From: Nitrososphaeria archaeon
GTDB lineage: Archaea > Thermoproteota > Nitrososphaeria > Nitrososphaerales > JAAOZN01
Direction: 5' to 3'
DNA: 64,000 nt
Assembly (NCBI GenBank): GCA_029775855.1
Contig: JARVJZ010000002.1
Coordinates: 160,001 to 224,000, forward strand
The position numbers and the translations under genes are program-made. Under the pieces are notes generated by a model. It made no database searches, had not been told where the DNA came from, and saw nothing but the letters and a program-made list of their open reading frames with translations. This document shows positions 9,915 through 20,025 of this stretch, piece after piece (position 1 is the stretch's first letter; each line of letters begins with the position of its first letter).

Positions 9915-10355
9915 ATGCGCCTATCCTTCACAGAAGAAAAGATAATGTCAGCGAAGACAGCGTTAGAAGTCATCTTCCCAAACAAAAAGACTCAAGCAGC
10001 AGCACACCTATTCATCCAATTCATAAAAGAAAACAAGGGAAAGGTGAGCAAGAGCCAAGTCAGCAGATTCGCAGATAAACTACAAAAGGGCGAACTACTC
10101 TACGAAAACAAACCCCTTAAGTATAGCAGAAGAAACTTCTACCTAACGATACTGAGAAATTTAATAGGCATGGGATTCCTGCAGAGAAATGTGCCCACTT
10201 GGGACGCCAGCAGAAGAGCAACAAACTATGTCTATGCAGTAAACCTCTTCGACATCCCAAAGAAGCCTCCCTCAGTTGGCTTCTGGAGGCTAGCATACTA
10301 TGTATGTAAGAAGTGGAATATGCTCTTCGAAGAAAACTTGCCTTCAGAAGAATAG
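9915..10355 (+). CDS. Conserved hypothetical protein, probably wHTH-like (start may be 9945)
   Basis: Protein-like composition; YSRRNFYLTILRNLIGMGFL helix followed by a beta hairpin. Confidence 0.6.
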   Translation: MRLSFTEEKIMSAKTALEVIFPNKKTQAAAHLFIQFIKENKGKVSKSQVSRFADKLQKGELLYENKPLKYSRRNFYLTILRNLIGMGFLQRNVPTWDASRRATNYVYAVNLFDIPKKPPSVGFWRLAYYVCKKWNMLFEENLPSEE

Positions 10356-10359
10356 GCTA

Positions 10360-10602
10360 CTAAAGTGGGTCTCCTATACATTGAACTTCACCTTTAAATC
10401 GGCGTTGAAAGTTTTTGCAAGCGAAGCATTCTAGAAAGGGGACTCGCTTATTGAGAACTGGGCAGTCAACAGCCTCCTTCTTCATCTTAGCAAGCATCTT
10501 TCCGCTGGCAACACCCTTTAGACTCTCCTGTGCCTCTTTGGAGACCTTCATCGGTTTATCAAGCTCGATGACTTTAACTACATATCTATAATCTTCTGGC
10601 AT
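10360..10602 (-). CDS. Small Cys-rich hypothetical protein (possible metal binding)
   Basis: C-x11-CxxC-x12-C pattern (VDCPV...ECFAC...VQC); TATA-like sequence upstream. Confidence 0.65.
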   Translation of the reverse strand: MPEDYRYVVKVIELDKPMKVSKEAQESLKGVASGKMLAKMKKEAVDCPVLNKRVPFLECFACKNFQRRFKGEVQCIGDPL

Positions 10603-10679
10603 ACAAGATTAGATGCTTATGATGCTTAAAAGGTTGCGGGTAAACCCTTTATCCCACCTTCTTTCTACTTATCTTAGAT

Positions 10680-12032
10680 TTGAATAAAACCACAGCGTTA
10701 GCTCTTTCATTAGCTGCCATAAGTTCGGTTGTTGTAGTTGAGGGAATAGGGGGACTGTTAACCAACAGCCTAGCTCTGCTTTCCGATGCTCTACATGCAC
10801 TATTTGACACCTTAGCCACCCTTACACTACTCGCTGCAACATACATATCTTTAAAGCCTCCAGATGAAACCCACACATACGGACATGGGAAGATCGAATC
10901 CATAGGAGGATTTGTAGGCGGGCTACTACTCTTCGCCTTAGGAATAAACATAGTATTTTCAGCCTCCAACAGACTCATCGAAGGGACACACGCTGTGGAA
11001 GCAAGCTTAGTTGGCTTCTTAGCGATTTTATACACGCTATCTGTGGATGTATTCAGAATCTTTGTGCTTCACACTTCTTTGAAGGTTGGTGAAAGCGCTA
11101 CCGTTAGAGTAGACTTATTCCACGCCTTTTCAGACCTCTCCTCCACACTTATAGCTTTAGCCGGTCTGTTTAGCGCTTCAATAAATTTTGGTGTTGGCGA
11201 CACCATAGCCGCACTTGTATTATGTTCACTGATCTTCTATCTAAGTCTAAAGACAATCTACAGAACAGGTTTAGAGCTGAGCGACGCTATCCCCCCAAGC
11301 CTATTTAATAAGGTTAAAACGGTATTCCAAACACACCCAAAAGTGGAGAAGTTCAGTAACCTAAAGATGCGTAGGGTAGGTGATAAAGTCTTTGTTGAAG
11401 TCGAGGTAACAATACCTCAAGACCTAAGCATCAGAGATGCAGACATTCTGGTAGAAGACCTTCAAAAGAGGGTTCAGGATACAGTGGGTAAGAGTGAGCT
11501 CTCTGTTAAACTAAAGCCTTCGCTCAGCAGATTAACACCTATCCAGCGTATACATCTAGCATCCGGAAAGGTGGAGGGTGTGAAAGGGGTTCATAAAGTT
11601 GCCTTGACTAATGTTAGCGGCACACTCCACATAACTTTACACATAGAAGTTGACCCTAATTTATCAAGTGAAAAGGCGCATAAAATAGCTGAAGAATTCG
11701 AAAGAGTCTTCAGCGAGGAAATAGGCGAAGTAGGCTCTGTTACCTTACATATTGAACCCGCTAAAGAGCAAAACACCGCATTTGAAGTCAAAGATAGTAA
11801 ACTAATAGAGGGTATAAGAGATATTATAATAACAAATAGCTCGGTAAAAGAAGTGAAGATGATTAGAATATACAGCGACGAAAAAAACAGATACGCAACT
11901 ATCAGATGCACACTTAAAGATAACCCCACAGTAGAAGAGGCGCATAACCTAGCAACCGAGCTTGAAAAGAAAATTAGCGAAGCATACAGAAACCTAAATG
12001 TAACGCTGCAGATAGAAGCAGAAGAGCAGTGA
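10680..12032 (+). CDS. Cation diffusion facilitator transporter with three tandem C-terminal ZT-dimer domains
   Basis: SLALLSDALH, PPDETHTYGHGKIES, HAFSD; repeated C-terminal domains (AHKIAEEFE, AHNLATELE). Confidence 0.92.
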   Translation: MNKTTALALSLAAISSVVVVEGIGGLLTNSLALLSDALHALFDTLATLTLLAATYISLKPPDETHTYGHGKIESIGGFVGGLLLFALGINIVFSASNRLIEGTHAVEASLVGFLAILYTLSVDVFRIFVLHTSLKVGESATVRVDLFHAFSDLSSTLIALAGLFSASINFGVGDTIAALVLCSLIFYLSLKTIYRTGLELSDAIPPSLFNKVKTVFQTHPKVEKFSNLKMRRVGDKVFVEVEVTIPQDLSIRDADILVEDLQKRVQDTVGKSELSVKLKPSLSRLTPIQRIHLASGKVEGVKGVHKVALTNVSGTLHITLHIEVDPNLSSEKAHKIAEEFERVFSEEIGEVGSVTLHIEPAKEQNTAFEVKDSKLIEGIRDIIITNSSVKEVKMIRIYSDEKNRYATIRCTLKDNPTVEEAHNLATELEKKISEAYRNLNVTLQIEAEEQ

Positions 12033-12118
12033 ATAATTCTTAGAACGATGTGGTTTTAAATTGATTATCCACAAAATAATTTAAATACTTGTCATACCTT
12101 ATATTTGTGAAGCCAAAG

Positions 12119-12175
12119 ATGGCAAAGAAAAAGAAGAAAGCTAAAGAAAAAACAGCTGAACAAAAGAAGAAGTAA
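12119..12175 (+). CDS. Putative 18-aa Lys-rich micropeptide MAKKKKKAKEKTAEQKKK (not in the ORF track)
   Basis: ATG...TAA ORF with TATA-like TTTAAATA at 12080-12087 and a downstream GCCC/GGGC hairpin plus T-run. Confidence 0.45.
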   Translation: MAKKKKKAKEKTAEQKKK

Positions 12176-12209
12176 AACTATGCCCAAAGATAGGGCTTCC
12201 CCTCATTTT

Positions 12210-14330
12210 TTAATATAAACCGCACGCAGGCGTGGGGCATCCTCCAGCGTACTCTGAACTAGCACCAACATATTGCTCTATTGTCCTAACATCTGGTCTT
12301 TCAAGCGAGCCCAAGTAAAGCACCTGTTCGCTTTTGCTGCCATATCTGTAGACTGTTATCCCCTTGCAGCCAAGCTTATAGGCTAGCAGATAGATTTTAC
12401 GCACATCATCTGGGGTAGCCTCATTTGGAAGATTCACAGTCTTAGATACAGCGTTATCAGTATACCTTTGAAAAGCAGCCTGCATCTTCACGTGCCACTC
12501 AGGGGGCACGTCAAAAGCCGTTTGAAAGAGCTCCTTTATCTTTTCAGGTATTCCGTTTACGTTCTTTAAAGTTCCTGTCTTAGCTATTTGCAGCATAAGT
12601 TGTTCGCTGTAGAAGCCTTCTCTCTTGGCTGCTTCTTCGAAGAAGCGGTTGACTTCTAGCAGTCTAGTTCCTTCAAGCACGTTCCTCACATAGCTTACGG
12701 CAAAGATTGGTTCTATCCCGCTTGAGCAGCCCGCTATAATTGAGATGGTTCCGGTGGGTGCGATTGTAGTTACAGTAGCGTTTCTCATAGCGCTGTAGCC
12801 TTTCTTCTCCCACACGCTTCCTTTAAAGTTTGGGAAACTTCCTCTTTCTTCACCTAATTCTCGGGAACGCTCTCTACATACATCTGATATGAACTTCATG
12901 ATGTCGGAGGCGACTTGTAGGGCTTTGTCTGAAGCGTAGGGGATTCCGAGCTGTATCAACATTTCTGCGAAGCCCATTACCCCTACACCTATCTTCCTAT
13001 TTGACTTCGTTACCCGCTCAATCTTCTTCAAAGGGTATTTGTTGGCGTCTATAACATCGTCAAGAAATAGCACAGCGAGTCTAGCGACCTCCTTCAATCT
13101 ACTCCAATCTATTTTGCCATCCTTAACCATCTTCGCAAGGTTTATTGAGCCAAGGTTGCACGACTCATATGGTAAGAGCGGCTGCTCACCGCAAGGGTTT
13201 GTGCTTTCTATCCTTCCAATATGCGGAGTAGGGTTACTTTCATTTATCCTATCTATGAATATAAGACCGGGGTCTCCAGTAGCCCAAGCCATAGTTACTA
13301 TGTAGTCGAAGACGCTTCGAGCAGGCATCTTTTTGACTTCTTGGCCAGTTCTAGGGTTTATGAGGCTGTATTCTTCTCCAGCTTCTACTCTCTTCATGAA
13401 GTCGTCTGACACTGCTACCGATATGTTGAAGTTGGTTAATGTGTTTCCAGTGCTCTTACTTCCTATAAACTCCATTATATCTGGGTGTGTGACATCTAAC
13501 ACACCCATGTTAGCGCCTCTCCTTCTACCGCCTTGCTTTATTACATCAGCAGCAGCGTCAAACACACGCATGAAAGAGACAGGTCCAGAAGCTACCCCGT
13601 GTGTAGATCTTACTATATCGCCCTTCGGTCTTAGCTTTGAGAATGAGAAGCCCGTTCCTCCGCCTGACTGGTGTATGAGAGCCATATATTTTATGGCATC
13701 GAAGATACCGCGTATCGAATCTTCCACTGGTAATACGAAGCATGCTGATAGCTGCCCCATAGGAGTGCCGGCGTTCATTAGAGTAGGTGAATTGGGGAGA
13801 AATTCTAAAGAAGCCATAATGTTATAGAAGTCTTTCTCAGCCCTATTTGTGTCTCCACCGTATCTACTCTCAACCTTGGCTATACAGTGTGCTACTCGCT
13901 TGAACATCTCTGATGGTGTTTCTATAACTCTGCCCGTATCATCTCTTCTCAGATACCTTTTTTGGAGAACTATTGCTGCGTTAACTGAGAGTTTAAGGTC
14001 GTCCACTACGCCGAAGAAGCTCTTAGCAGCCCTTACTTCAGCCCTCTTCTTCCTATATAGGATGTATGCTTTAGCCGCTTCAGCTAAGCCTTCTTCTATT
14101 AAGGCTTTTTCAACTAAATCTTGCACCTCTTCTACCTTGGGTATCCTTCTGCCTAGGCTTTCCCTTAGCATAGAAATGACTTTATCAGCGATCTTTTCTG
14201 CAGTTTTACCGTCTCCTTGCTTTGTTGCTGTGAGGGCTTTTAAGACTGCGTTGACTATCTTTTCCCGTTTAAAGGCTTCTACTCTGCCATCTCGCTTTAC
14301 AATCTGCTTCGGCCAAGAGTTGCTGTCCAC
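12210..14330 (-). CDS. nrdJ: Class II (B12-dependent) ribonucleotide reductase with N-terminal ATP-cone
   Basis: IVKRDGR ATP-cone, PNSPTLMNAG, QLSACFV, TNPCGEQPL, CNLGSINL, TIAPTGTIS, C-terminal Cys pair (CPTPAC); no nrdB nearby. Confidence 0.93.
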   Translation of the reverse strand: MDSNSWPKQIVKRDGRVEAFKREKIVNAVLKALTATKQGDGKTAEKIADKVISMLRESLGRRIPKVEEVQDLVEKALIEEGLAEAAKAYILYRKKRAEVRAAKSFFGVVDDLKLSVNAAIVLQKRYLRRDDTGRVIETPSEMFKRVAHCIAKVESRYGGDTNRAEKDFYNIMASLEFLPNSPTLMNAGTPMGQLSACFVLPVEDSIRGIFDAIKYMALIHQSGGGTGFSFSKLRPKGDIVRSTHGVASGPVSFMRVFDAAADVIKQGGRRRGANMGVLDVTHPDIMEFIGSKSTGNTLTNFNISVAVSDDFMKRVEAGEEYSLINPRTGQEVKKMPARSVFDYIVTMAWATGDPGLIFIDRINESNPTPHIGRIESTNPCGEQPLLPYESCNLGSINLAKMVKDGKIDWSRLKEVARLAVLFLDDVIDANKYPLKKIERVTKSNRKIGVGVMGFAEMLIQLGIPYASDKALQVASDIMKFISDVCRERSRELGEERGSFPNFKGSVWEKKGYSAMRNATVTTIAPTGTISIIAGCSSGIEPIFAVSYVRNVLEGTRLLEVNRFFEEAAKREGFYSEQLMLQIAKTGTLKNVNGIPEKIKELFQTAFDVPPEWHVKMQAAFQRYTDNAVSKTVNLPNEATPDDVRKIYLLAYKLGCKGITVYRYGSKSEQVLYLGSLERPDVRTIEQYVGASSEYAGGCPTPACGLY

Positions 14331-14363
14331 ATTTAATTAGTTGTTATGCACTTGCTTATCAAC

Positions 14364-14744
14364 TTAAGGTGTGGCTGATAAGGTTATTACATCTCCAGCC
14401 GTTAAGGTGTTTAACAGTTCAAATCCTTTGGTGATTTGGCCTAAGTGGCTCATGCGTTGGCTTACTTGGCAGTCTTTTAGAAAGAAGCAGATGGCGCCGT
14501 TCATAGGCAAGAAGGCGATATCACCCTTCTTAAATGTTTGAGTGGGCTTCTCTAAGCCTGCTACTATATTTGTAGTGAAGTATATAAATTCGTCTCTGTA
14601 TCTTACTGCTCTTCCGCTGATGGGGAGGCTTCGCAGTATAATCCCGATGGTCATAGGTGCTTTATGCCTATGGAATTCACCTTCAGAAGCGCCTTTGCCT
14701 GCGACCTCTATTCTTATTAGTCTACGTGTGGCAGATGTCTGCAT
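14364..14744 (-). CDS. Cyclophilin-like fold protein
   Basis: APMT...LPISG...IYF...GDIAF...AICFF pattern of the archaeal cyclophilin-like family. Confidence 0.75.
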   Translation of the reverse strand: MQTSATRRLIRIEVAGKGASEGEFHRHKAPMTIGIILRSLPISGRAVRYRDEFIYFTTNIVAGLEKPTQTFKKGDIAFLPMNGAICFFLKDCQVSQRMSHLGQITKGFELLNTLTAGDVITLSATP

Positions 14745-14989
14745 ATATTATCGACTCATGCAAGTTTTTATTCGCAAGATTTATTTCTTACCACATCTTT
14801 GCTATTGTGTTTATCGATAAAGTCTCTCTTATCCTTGTAGGCTGAATGGGGTAAGCCGTTTTACAGTTATTGCTGATTAGTGGGGTGAGGGTTGAATAGG
14901 TTATCTTTCCGCTGCTTTCCTCGTATCGCCATCTGGCATCGGAGTCCTAACTTCTTATCTTGTGGCGTAGGTGTCTATTAGACTAACTT

Positions 14990-15116
14990 ACTTTAGGGTA
15001 GGTTTTCCGCTACCCCTTTATATAGTGTGGTGCAAGATGGGGGGTAGCACCACAACCAACAGCAGAAAGCCTTAAATCAAACCCAAAACCATATAATGGA
15101 GCGAGAAAAAGAGTCG
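14990..15116 (+). promoter_or_regulatory. CRISPR leader with BRE/TATA
   Basis: Non-coding region next to the first perfect repeat; GAAAGCCTTAAAT at 15065-15077. The degenerate repeats are at the opposite end. Confidence 0.7.
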
Positions 15117-18099
15117 GAATCTCACATAGAGAATTGAAAGTTGAACCGTATTTCAACCGTTGCGCCTATGTCGACTCTTGTGAATCTCACATAGAGAATT
15201 GAAAGTTCAGGTAGTATAGCTTGTAATTAAGCTTCGAATGTTTTGAATCTCACATAGAGAATTGAAAGCATACAAGGTCTCAACCAACGCCTTATCCCTA
15301 ATATTCGAATCTCACATAGAGAATTGAAAGACCGCTTTCTTCAGCGGTTCACCGTCGCCGTCAACATCGAATCTCACATAGAGAATTGAAAGTACCTAGT
15401 TCTGGGTCTACCAAGCCTCAAGTAAGCTTTGAATCTCACATAGAGAATTGAAAGTAACTGCTTACGGGTATGAGGAAGATGAAGCTGGGGTTGAATCTCA
15501 CATAGAGAATTGAAAGACAATCACAAGTATCAGGCTCCCAAATCACTCCCTCAACAGAATCTCACATAGAGAATTGAAAGACATAACCCTGTTTTAGCGG
15601 TTATTATGGCTTTAATGTTTGAATCTCACATAGAGAATTGAAAGTTAGGAGCGATTTCTATAGGTGTCGTGCCAACAGGAATCTCACATAGAGAATTGAA
15701 AGATCCCAAATCCTCGGAGCATCAAGCCCCTTAGATCTGGCAGAATCTCACATAGAGAATTGAAAGAAGAAACGTTAATTACTGGTTTGTTCAGCGATTT
15801 CATCAAGAATCTCACATAGAGAATTGAAAGTCCACCTAAATTGTCTTTAGGCGTAACCTTAATCTTGTTGAATCTCACATAGAGAATTGAAAGACTAGTT
15901 GAAGAACCGCTTTACACCAGCAGACTACCTGAGAATCTCACATAGAGAATTGAAAGCGAAGAAGTTGTGGTGAATGTTTATTTCCTCACAATAATCTAGA
16001 ATCTCACATAGAGAATTGAAAGCCACAGTCTAAGCATCTTTTGTATATTTTGCCGTTCTTCTCCTGAATCTCACATAGAGAATTGAAAGTCAGCAGTCAC
16101 AATAGGAGTGACGATGCGATGATGAGTGGGAATCTCACATAGAGAATTGAAAGTATACTGTAAAATCTGCTGTAGTATAAATCTCTAGCTAGAATCTCAC
16201 ATAGAGAATTGAAAGTTATTGTCCAAAGCCCCGTTGTTGATGAGGAATATAGAATCTCACATAGAGAATTGAAAGATGTTAACTCACTAAACCGATGATG
16301 CTCATATTCTTCAACGAATCTCACATAGAGAATTGAAAGTAGGTAGAAATATAATATGCAACAATAACCTACTTGGAAGAATCTCACATAGAGAATTGAA
16401 AGTCAGGAGCGCCATCCTGCTGTCCGATTGTCGGCATTTTGAATCTCACATAGAGAATTGAAAGACTAGTTGAAGAACCGCTTTACACCAGCAGACTACC
16501 TGAGAATCTCACATAGAGAATTGAAAGTGCTCTTTTTCGCGCTACTTTACCCGTCTTTAACAGATGAGAATCTCACATAGAGAATTGAAAGTCACAATAA
16601 TCTGTGTGTAAAGCGCGAGCTCGACCAAAGTGAATCTCACATAGAGAATTGAAAGTATTTGTCGTATAGATGGTTGAATTTAAGAGTAAGCAGAATCTCA
16701 CATAGAGAATTGAAAGAGATCTTCCTCTTCAAGCCACGGGTAGCTATACCGCTTATGAATCTCACATAGAGAATTGAAAGGTTATCTGTAGGGTCTGGTC
16801 TCACATCGACATATCCTAGCTCGAATCTCACATAGAGAATTGAAAGATAGTGCTGGAGATCACACCGGAGAGCTTATGCTTTCAAGAATCTCACATAGAG
16901 AATTGAAAGACGGCACCACTCACCACCTCATACCTAACCCCATCTACATGAATCTCACATAGAGAATTGAAAGTAAACCCACACTTGACCTCCTTCTGCA
17001 GTAGTCCCTCCAGAATCTCACATAGAGAATTGAAAGGAAGCTGACCAAAATCGTTAACAAAAAATATATCACTGAATCTCACATAGAGAATTGAAAGTAG
17101 AAATCACAGTAGTTTTGCTTGGGTTCAATATGCATCCAGAATCTCACATAGAGAATTGAAAGCAATATGGGTAAATGGTAAGAAGCAGTCAGCAAATCTT
17201 TTGAATCTCACATAGAGAATTGAAAGTGCTCATCAACCGAATTCTGATGCAAAGCACACTTCTTAGAATCTCACATAGAGAATTGAAAGTTTATTTCCTC
17301 CTTTGGTTTGAGTTTTGATAGTGTGAAGAATCTCACATAGAGAATTGAAAGCCTGTTCTAAATTTTTCTAGCATCTCTTCTCTTTCTCTTGAATCTCACA
17401 TAGAGAATTGAAAGACCCTAGACTATATCCTGCTCCTAAGGTGAAGTAGGAATCTCACATAGAGAATTGAAAGAAATACTCGTGCTACCTTAGTATCACT
17501 TATGAAGTGGCAGAATCTCACATAGAGAATTGAAAGATTCCTCTCCTTGAATAACTAAAGTCTCTATTAGGTAAGAATCTCACATAGAGAATTGAAAGAC
17601 AGTGTGGTGTTTTTGGCTCATGTCCCCATGCCCCTGCTGAATCTCACATAGAGAATTGAAAGCTTTGCTACTCCTTGCAGGAATAGTATAATCTGTCCGA
17701 ATCTCACATAGAGAATTGAAAGTCTGCTCTCCAGCTGCGAATGTGAGAGGCGGTATGGAATCTCACATAGAGAATTGAAAGATGAACACGACTGGCAGCA
17801 CCGTAAAACCACCGTAAGGGGAATCTCACATAGAGAATTGAAAGTAGCCGTGATAGAGAACGAGCAGTCTCCACCCCATCTCATGAATCTCACATAGAGA
17901 ATTGAAAGTTTCGACAAGCCGCAGCACAGCCTCTTTGTGAGACAGAATCTCACATAGAGAATTGAAAGCATTTGAGACGCATTAAATCGTCGAAGGAGAT
18001 GCCGACCAGAATCTCACATAGAGAATTGAAAGAAAAAATAAAGTCGAAAGCCACAATATCTGAGCCAGAAGGTATGAATCTCACATAGAGAGTTGGGTG
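15117..18099 (+). CRISPR. CRISPR array, repeat GAATCTCACATAGAGAATTGAAAG (24 bp): 47 perfect repeats, one degenerate terminal repeat, 47 spacers of ~34-43 bp
   Basis: Counted by eye from 15117 to 18009. Degenerate GAATCTCACATAGAGAGTTGGGTG at 18076 and a further remnant near 18134. No cas genes in the window. Confidence 0.99.
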
Positions 18100-18180
18100 A
18101 GGAAATGTTGACGGCTTAGCGTAAGCTTTCTTTGAATCTTAGATAAGGGAGGGGTTATTTCTCCACTTTTGTGGTTGAGG

Positions 18181-18927
18181 CTATTTGAAAAGATCTTCTT
18201 TCAGCGGTCTGATAAGAGCCTTAGCCTTACCGGCATCAACCTCATATTCATAGCCTCTCACAACAGCCGCTGGGCAGCTCCTTGTCTTACCCATCACGAG
18301 CTCGGCTGCTGAAGCGATTTCATCAGCAACAGCTATCTCAGTAACCTTCAACACCCTACCATATGTATCAAGCTTACCTCTATAGTCCAAAATCGGCTTA
18401 AGCCCATACACACCTATTGCAAACTGAACCTGACCCCTACGCCAAGGTCTACCGTAAGTGTCAGAGACTATGACAGCGGGCTTAACCCCACACACACCCT
18501 CTATCTGCTTAGCGATAACCTCAGCAGAACGGTCTGGATCCTTAGGCAATAGGGCAGCATAACCCTCAGGCAAATTGGACTGATCTACACCAGAGTTAGC
18601 GCAAACAATCCCATGCTTGGTCTGAGTGATGATTATACCCCTCTCCACCCTCAGAATCCTCTTACTCTCCTTTAAAATCAACTCAACAACCCTCGCATCT
18701 TTATTAAGAGCTTTAGCGAGCCTAACCGCCTTAGCAGAAGGGTTAACTTCACTAAGTTTCACAAGCCTACCCTCAGCCTTAGAGACAGCCTTAGATGTTA
18801 CTACAACAATATCTCCCTTCAACAGAGTTAAACCACCTTTAGACAAAGCGTCTACAATAACCTCTCCGAGCCTAACACCCTCCTCAACTTCACCTAACCC
18901 AGACACAGGGTAAATACAGATGACCAA
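18181..18927 (-). CDS. cofE: Coenzyme F420-0:L-glutamate ligase
   Basis: VVTSKAVSKAEGR, CANSGVDQSN, LPKDPDRSA, SDTYGRPWRRGQ, ADEIASAAELVMG. Confidence 0.92.
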   Translation of the reverse strand: MVICIYPVSGLGEVEEGVRLGEVIVDALSKGGLTLLKGDIVVVTSKAVSKAEGRLVKLSEVNPSAKAVRLAKALNKDARVVELILKESKRILRVERGIIITQTKHGIVCANSGVDQSNLPEGYAALLPKDPDRSAEVIAKQIEGVCGVKPAVIVSDTYGRPWRRGQVQFAIGVYGLKPILDYRGKLDTYGRVLKVTEIAVADEIASAAELVMGKTRSCPAAVVRGYEYEVDAGKAKALIRPLKEDLFK

Positions 18928-18929
18928 AC

Positions 18930-19925
18930 CTATCTAAATGACAGAGTCTGAAGATCCTTCATAGTTCTAAGTCCAGGTCTACACTTCATCAGCGGCCAAA
19001 TAGAGTTAACAACTACAGCAGCAGTCGCCCTATCTCCTTGAATGGCTGGCTTAATAGTCTGATGCACCTCAGGGTTACCCAAAATATGTATGCGGTCATA
19101 TTCATCCTCAGCCCCAACATACGCCTTAAAGACAAGAGTTATACGCTCCTTACCATCCACAAACCCCCTCGCAGTCTGCTGAAGCCCAGCCACCCTACCA
19201 GCTGATATAGTGTAGTAGGGGCTGCTCACCTCCTTAGATGCGATTATAGGCTCAGGCTGCTCAGCCTCTATACGCTCAACCACCCAACCCATCGCATCAC
19301 CTATCAAAGCTATAGACTCTTCCAACCCAACATGACCAGAAATCTCCTTAGCAGCCATCTTCCCCTTAAACTCAGCCTCAGTCAAAGCAGCACCAATCTT
19401 CCTCTGAAAAGCCTCTCGCCTATGCGAAGCATCGATTACACGCTCCACAACTATACTATAAACCTCTTGACAGACCGCCGTAAGAAGCAAAACTAATGTG
19501 TCCATCAGAAAACCTGGATTCACCCCTGTGCCTAATACACGCACTCTATACTCTTTAGCCAAATGATCCAAGTTTTTAGCTAAAGATGGATGCTTACGGT
19601 AGGGGTAGGAGAGCTCCTCACATGTTGAGATAACATTGGCTCCAGCTTTCACACAATCCACTATCTGCTCATAAACATCTTGTAGATATGAGGAGGTTGC
19701 GTGAAGAACTAGATCTGGTTTTACCTCCTTAAGCACCCTACGGTAGTCTGAAGAAACTTTAACACCAGTCTTCCCCACGCCCAAGACTTCCCCGAAATCT
19801 TCGCCAACATACTTAACCAAATCAGACGCACCGACTGTCCTTAAACCGCTCTTCTTTGACACAAGTTTAGCTACCTCTAAACCTATTGCACCGAGCCCTA
19901 TATGGAGAACCCTCAGCTCCTTCAA
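18930..19925 (-). CDS. 2,4-diaminopentanoate dehydrogenase / dihydrodipicolinate reductase-like oxidoreductase
   Basis: Rossmann GLGAIG, NVISTCEELSYP, GTGVNPGFLMD, GHVGLEES, GDRAT. Confidence 0.8.
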   Translation of the reverse strand: MKELRVLHIGLGAIGLEVAKLVSKKSGLRTVGASDLVKYVGEDFGEVLGVGKTGVKVSSDYRRVLKEVKPDLVLHATSSYLQDVYEQIVDCVKAGANVISTCEELSYPYRKHPSLAKNLDHLAKEYRVRVLGTGVNPGFLMDTLVLLLTAVCQEVYSIVVERVIDASHRREAFQRKIGAALTEAEFKGKMAAKEISGHVGLEESIALIGDAMGWVVERIEAEQPEPIIASKEVSSPYYTISAGRVAGLQQTARGFVDGKERITLVFKAYVGAEDEYDRIHILGNPEVHQTIKPAIQGDRATAAVVVNSIWPLMKCRPGLRTMKDLQTLSFR

Positions 19926-20025
19926 CCCAACCTTAGCCCTCTTCCACTCTCTATTTAGACCTATCCCCTTCTAACCCTCAAAGCATAGAGTTCATATAAA
20001 TAGACGGGTAACCAACTTTATATAG

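Noticed and set aside
12210-14330. Intein in the ribonucleotide reductase
   Set aside because: The length (706 aa) and contiguous catalytic motifs leave no room for an intein.
15684-17971. Minus-strand ORFs inside the CRISPR array (recurrent LSILYVRF / FNSLCEI peptides)
   Set aside because: Artefacts of translating the repeat; not genes.
18033-18075. Last spacer resembles the capsid-operon terminator region near 36553-36581 (AAAAAATAAA...CGAAAGCC)
   Set aside because: Needs a large gap and rests on low-complexity sequence, so it is not a credible protospacer. I saw no convincing self-targeting spacer by eye, but a BLAST search is needed.
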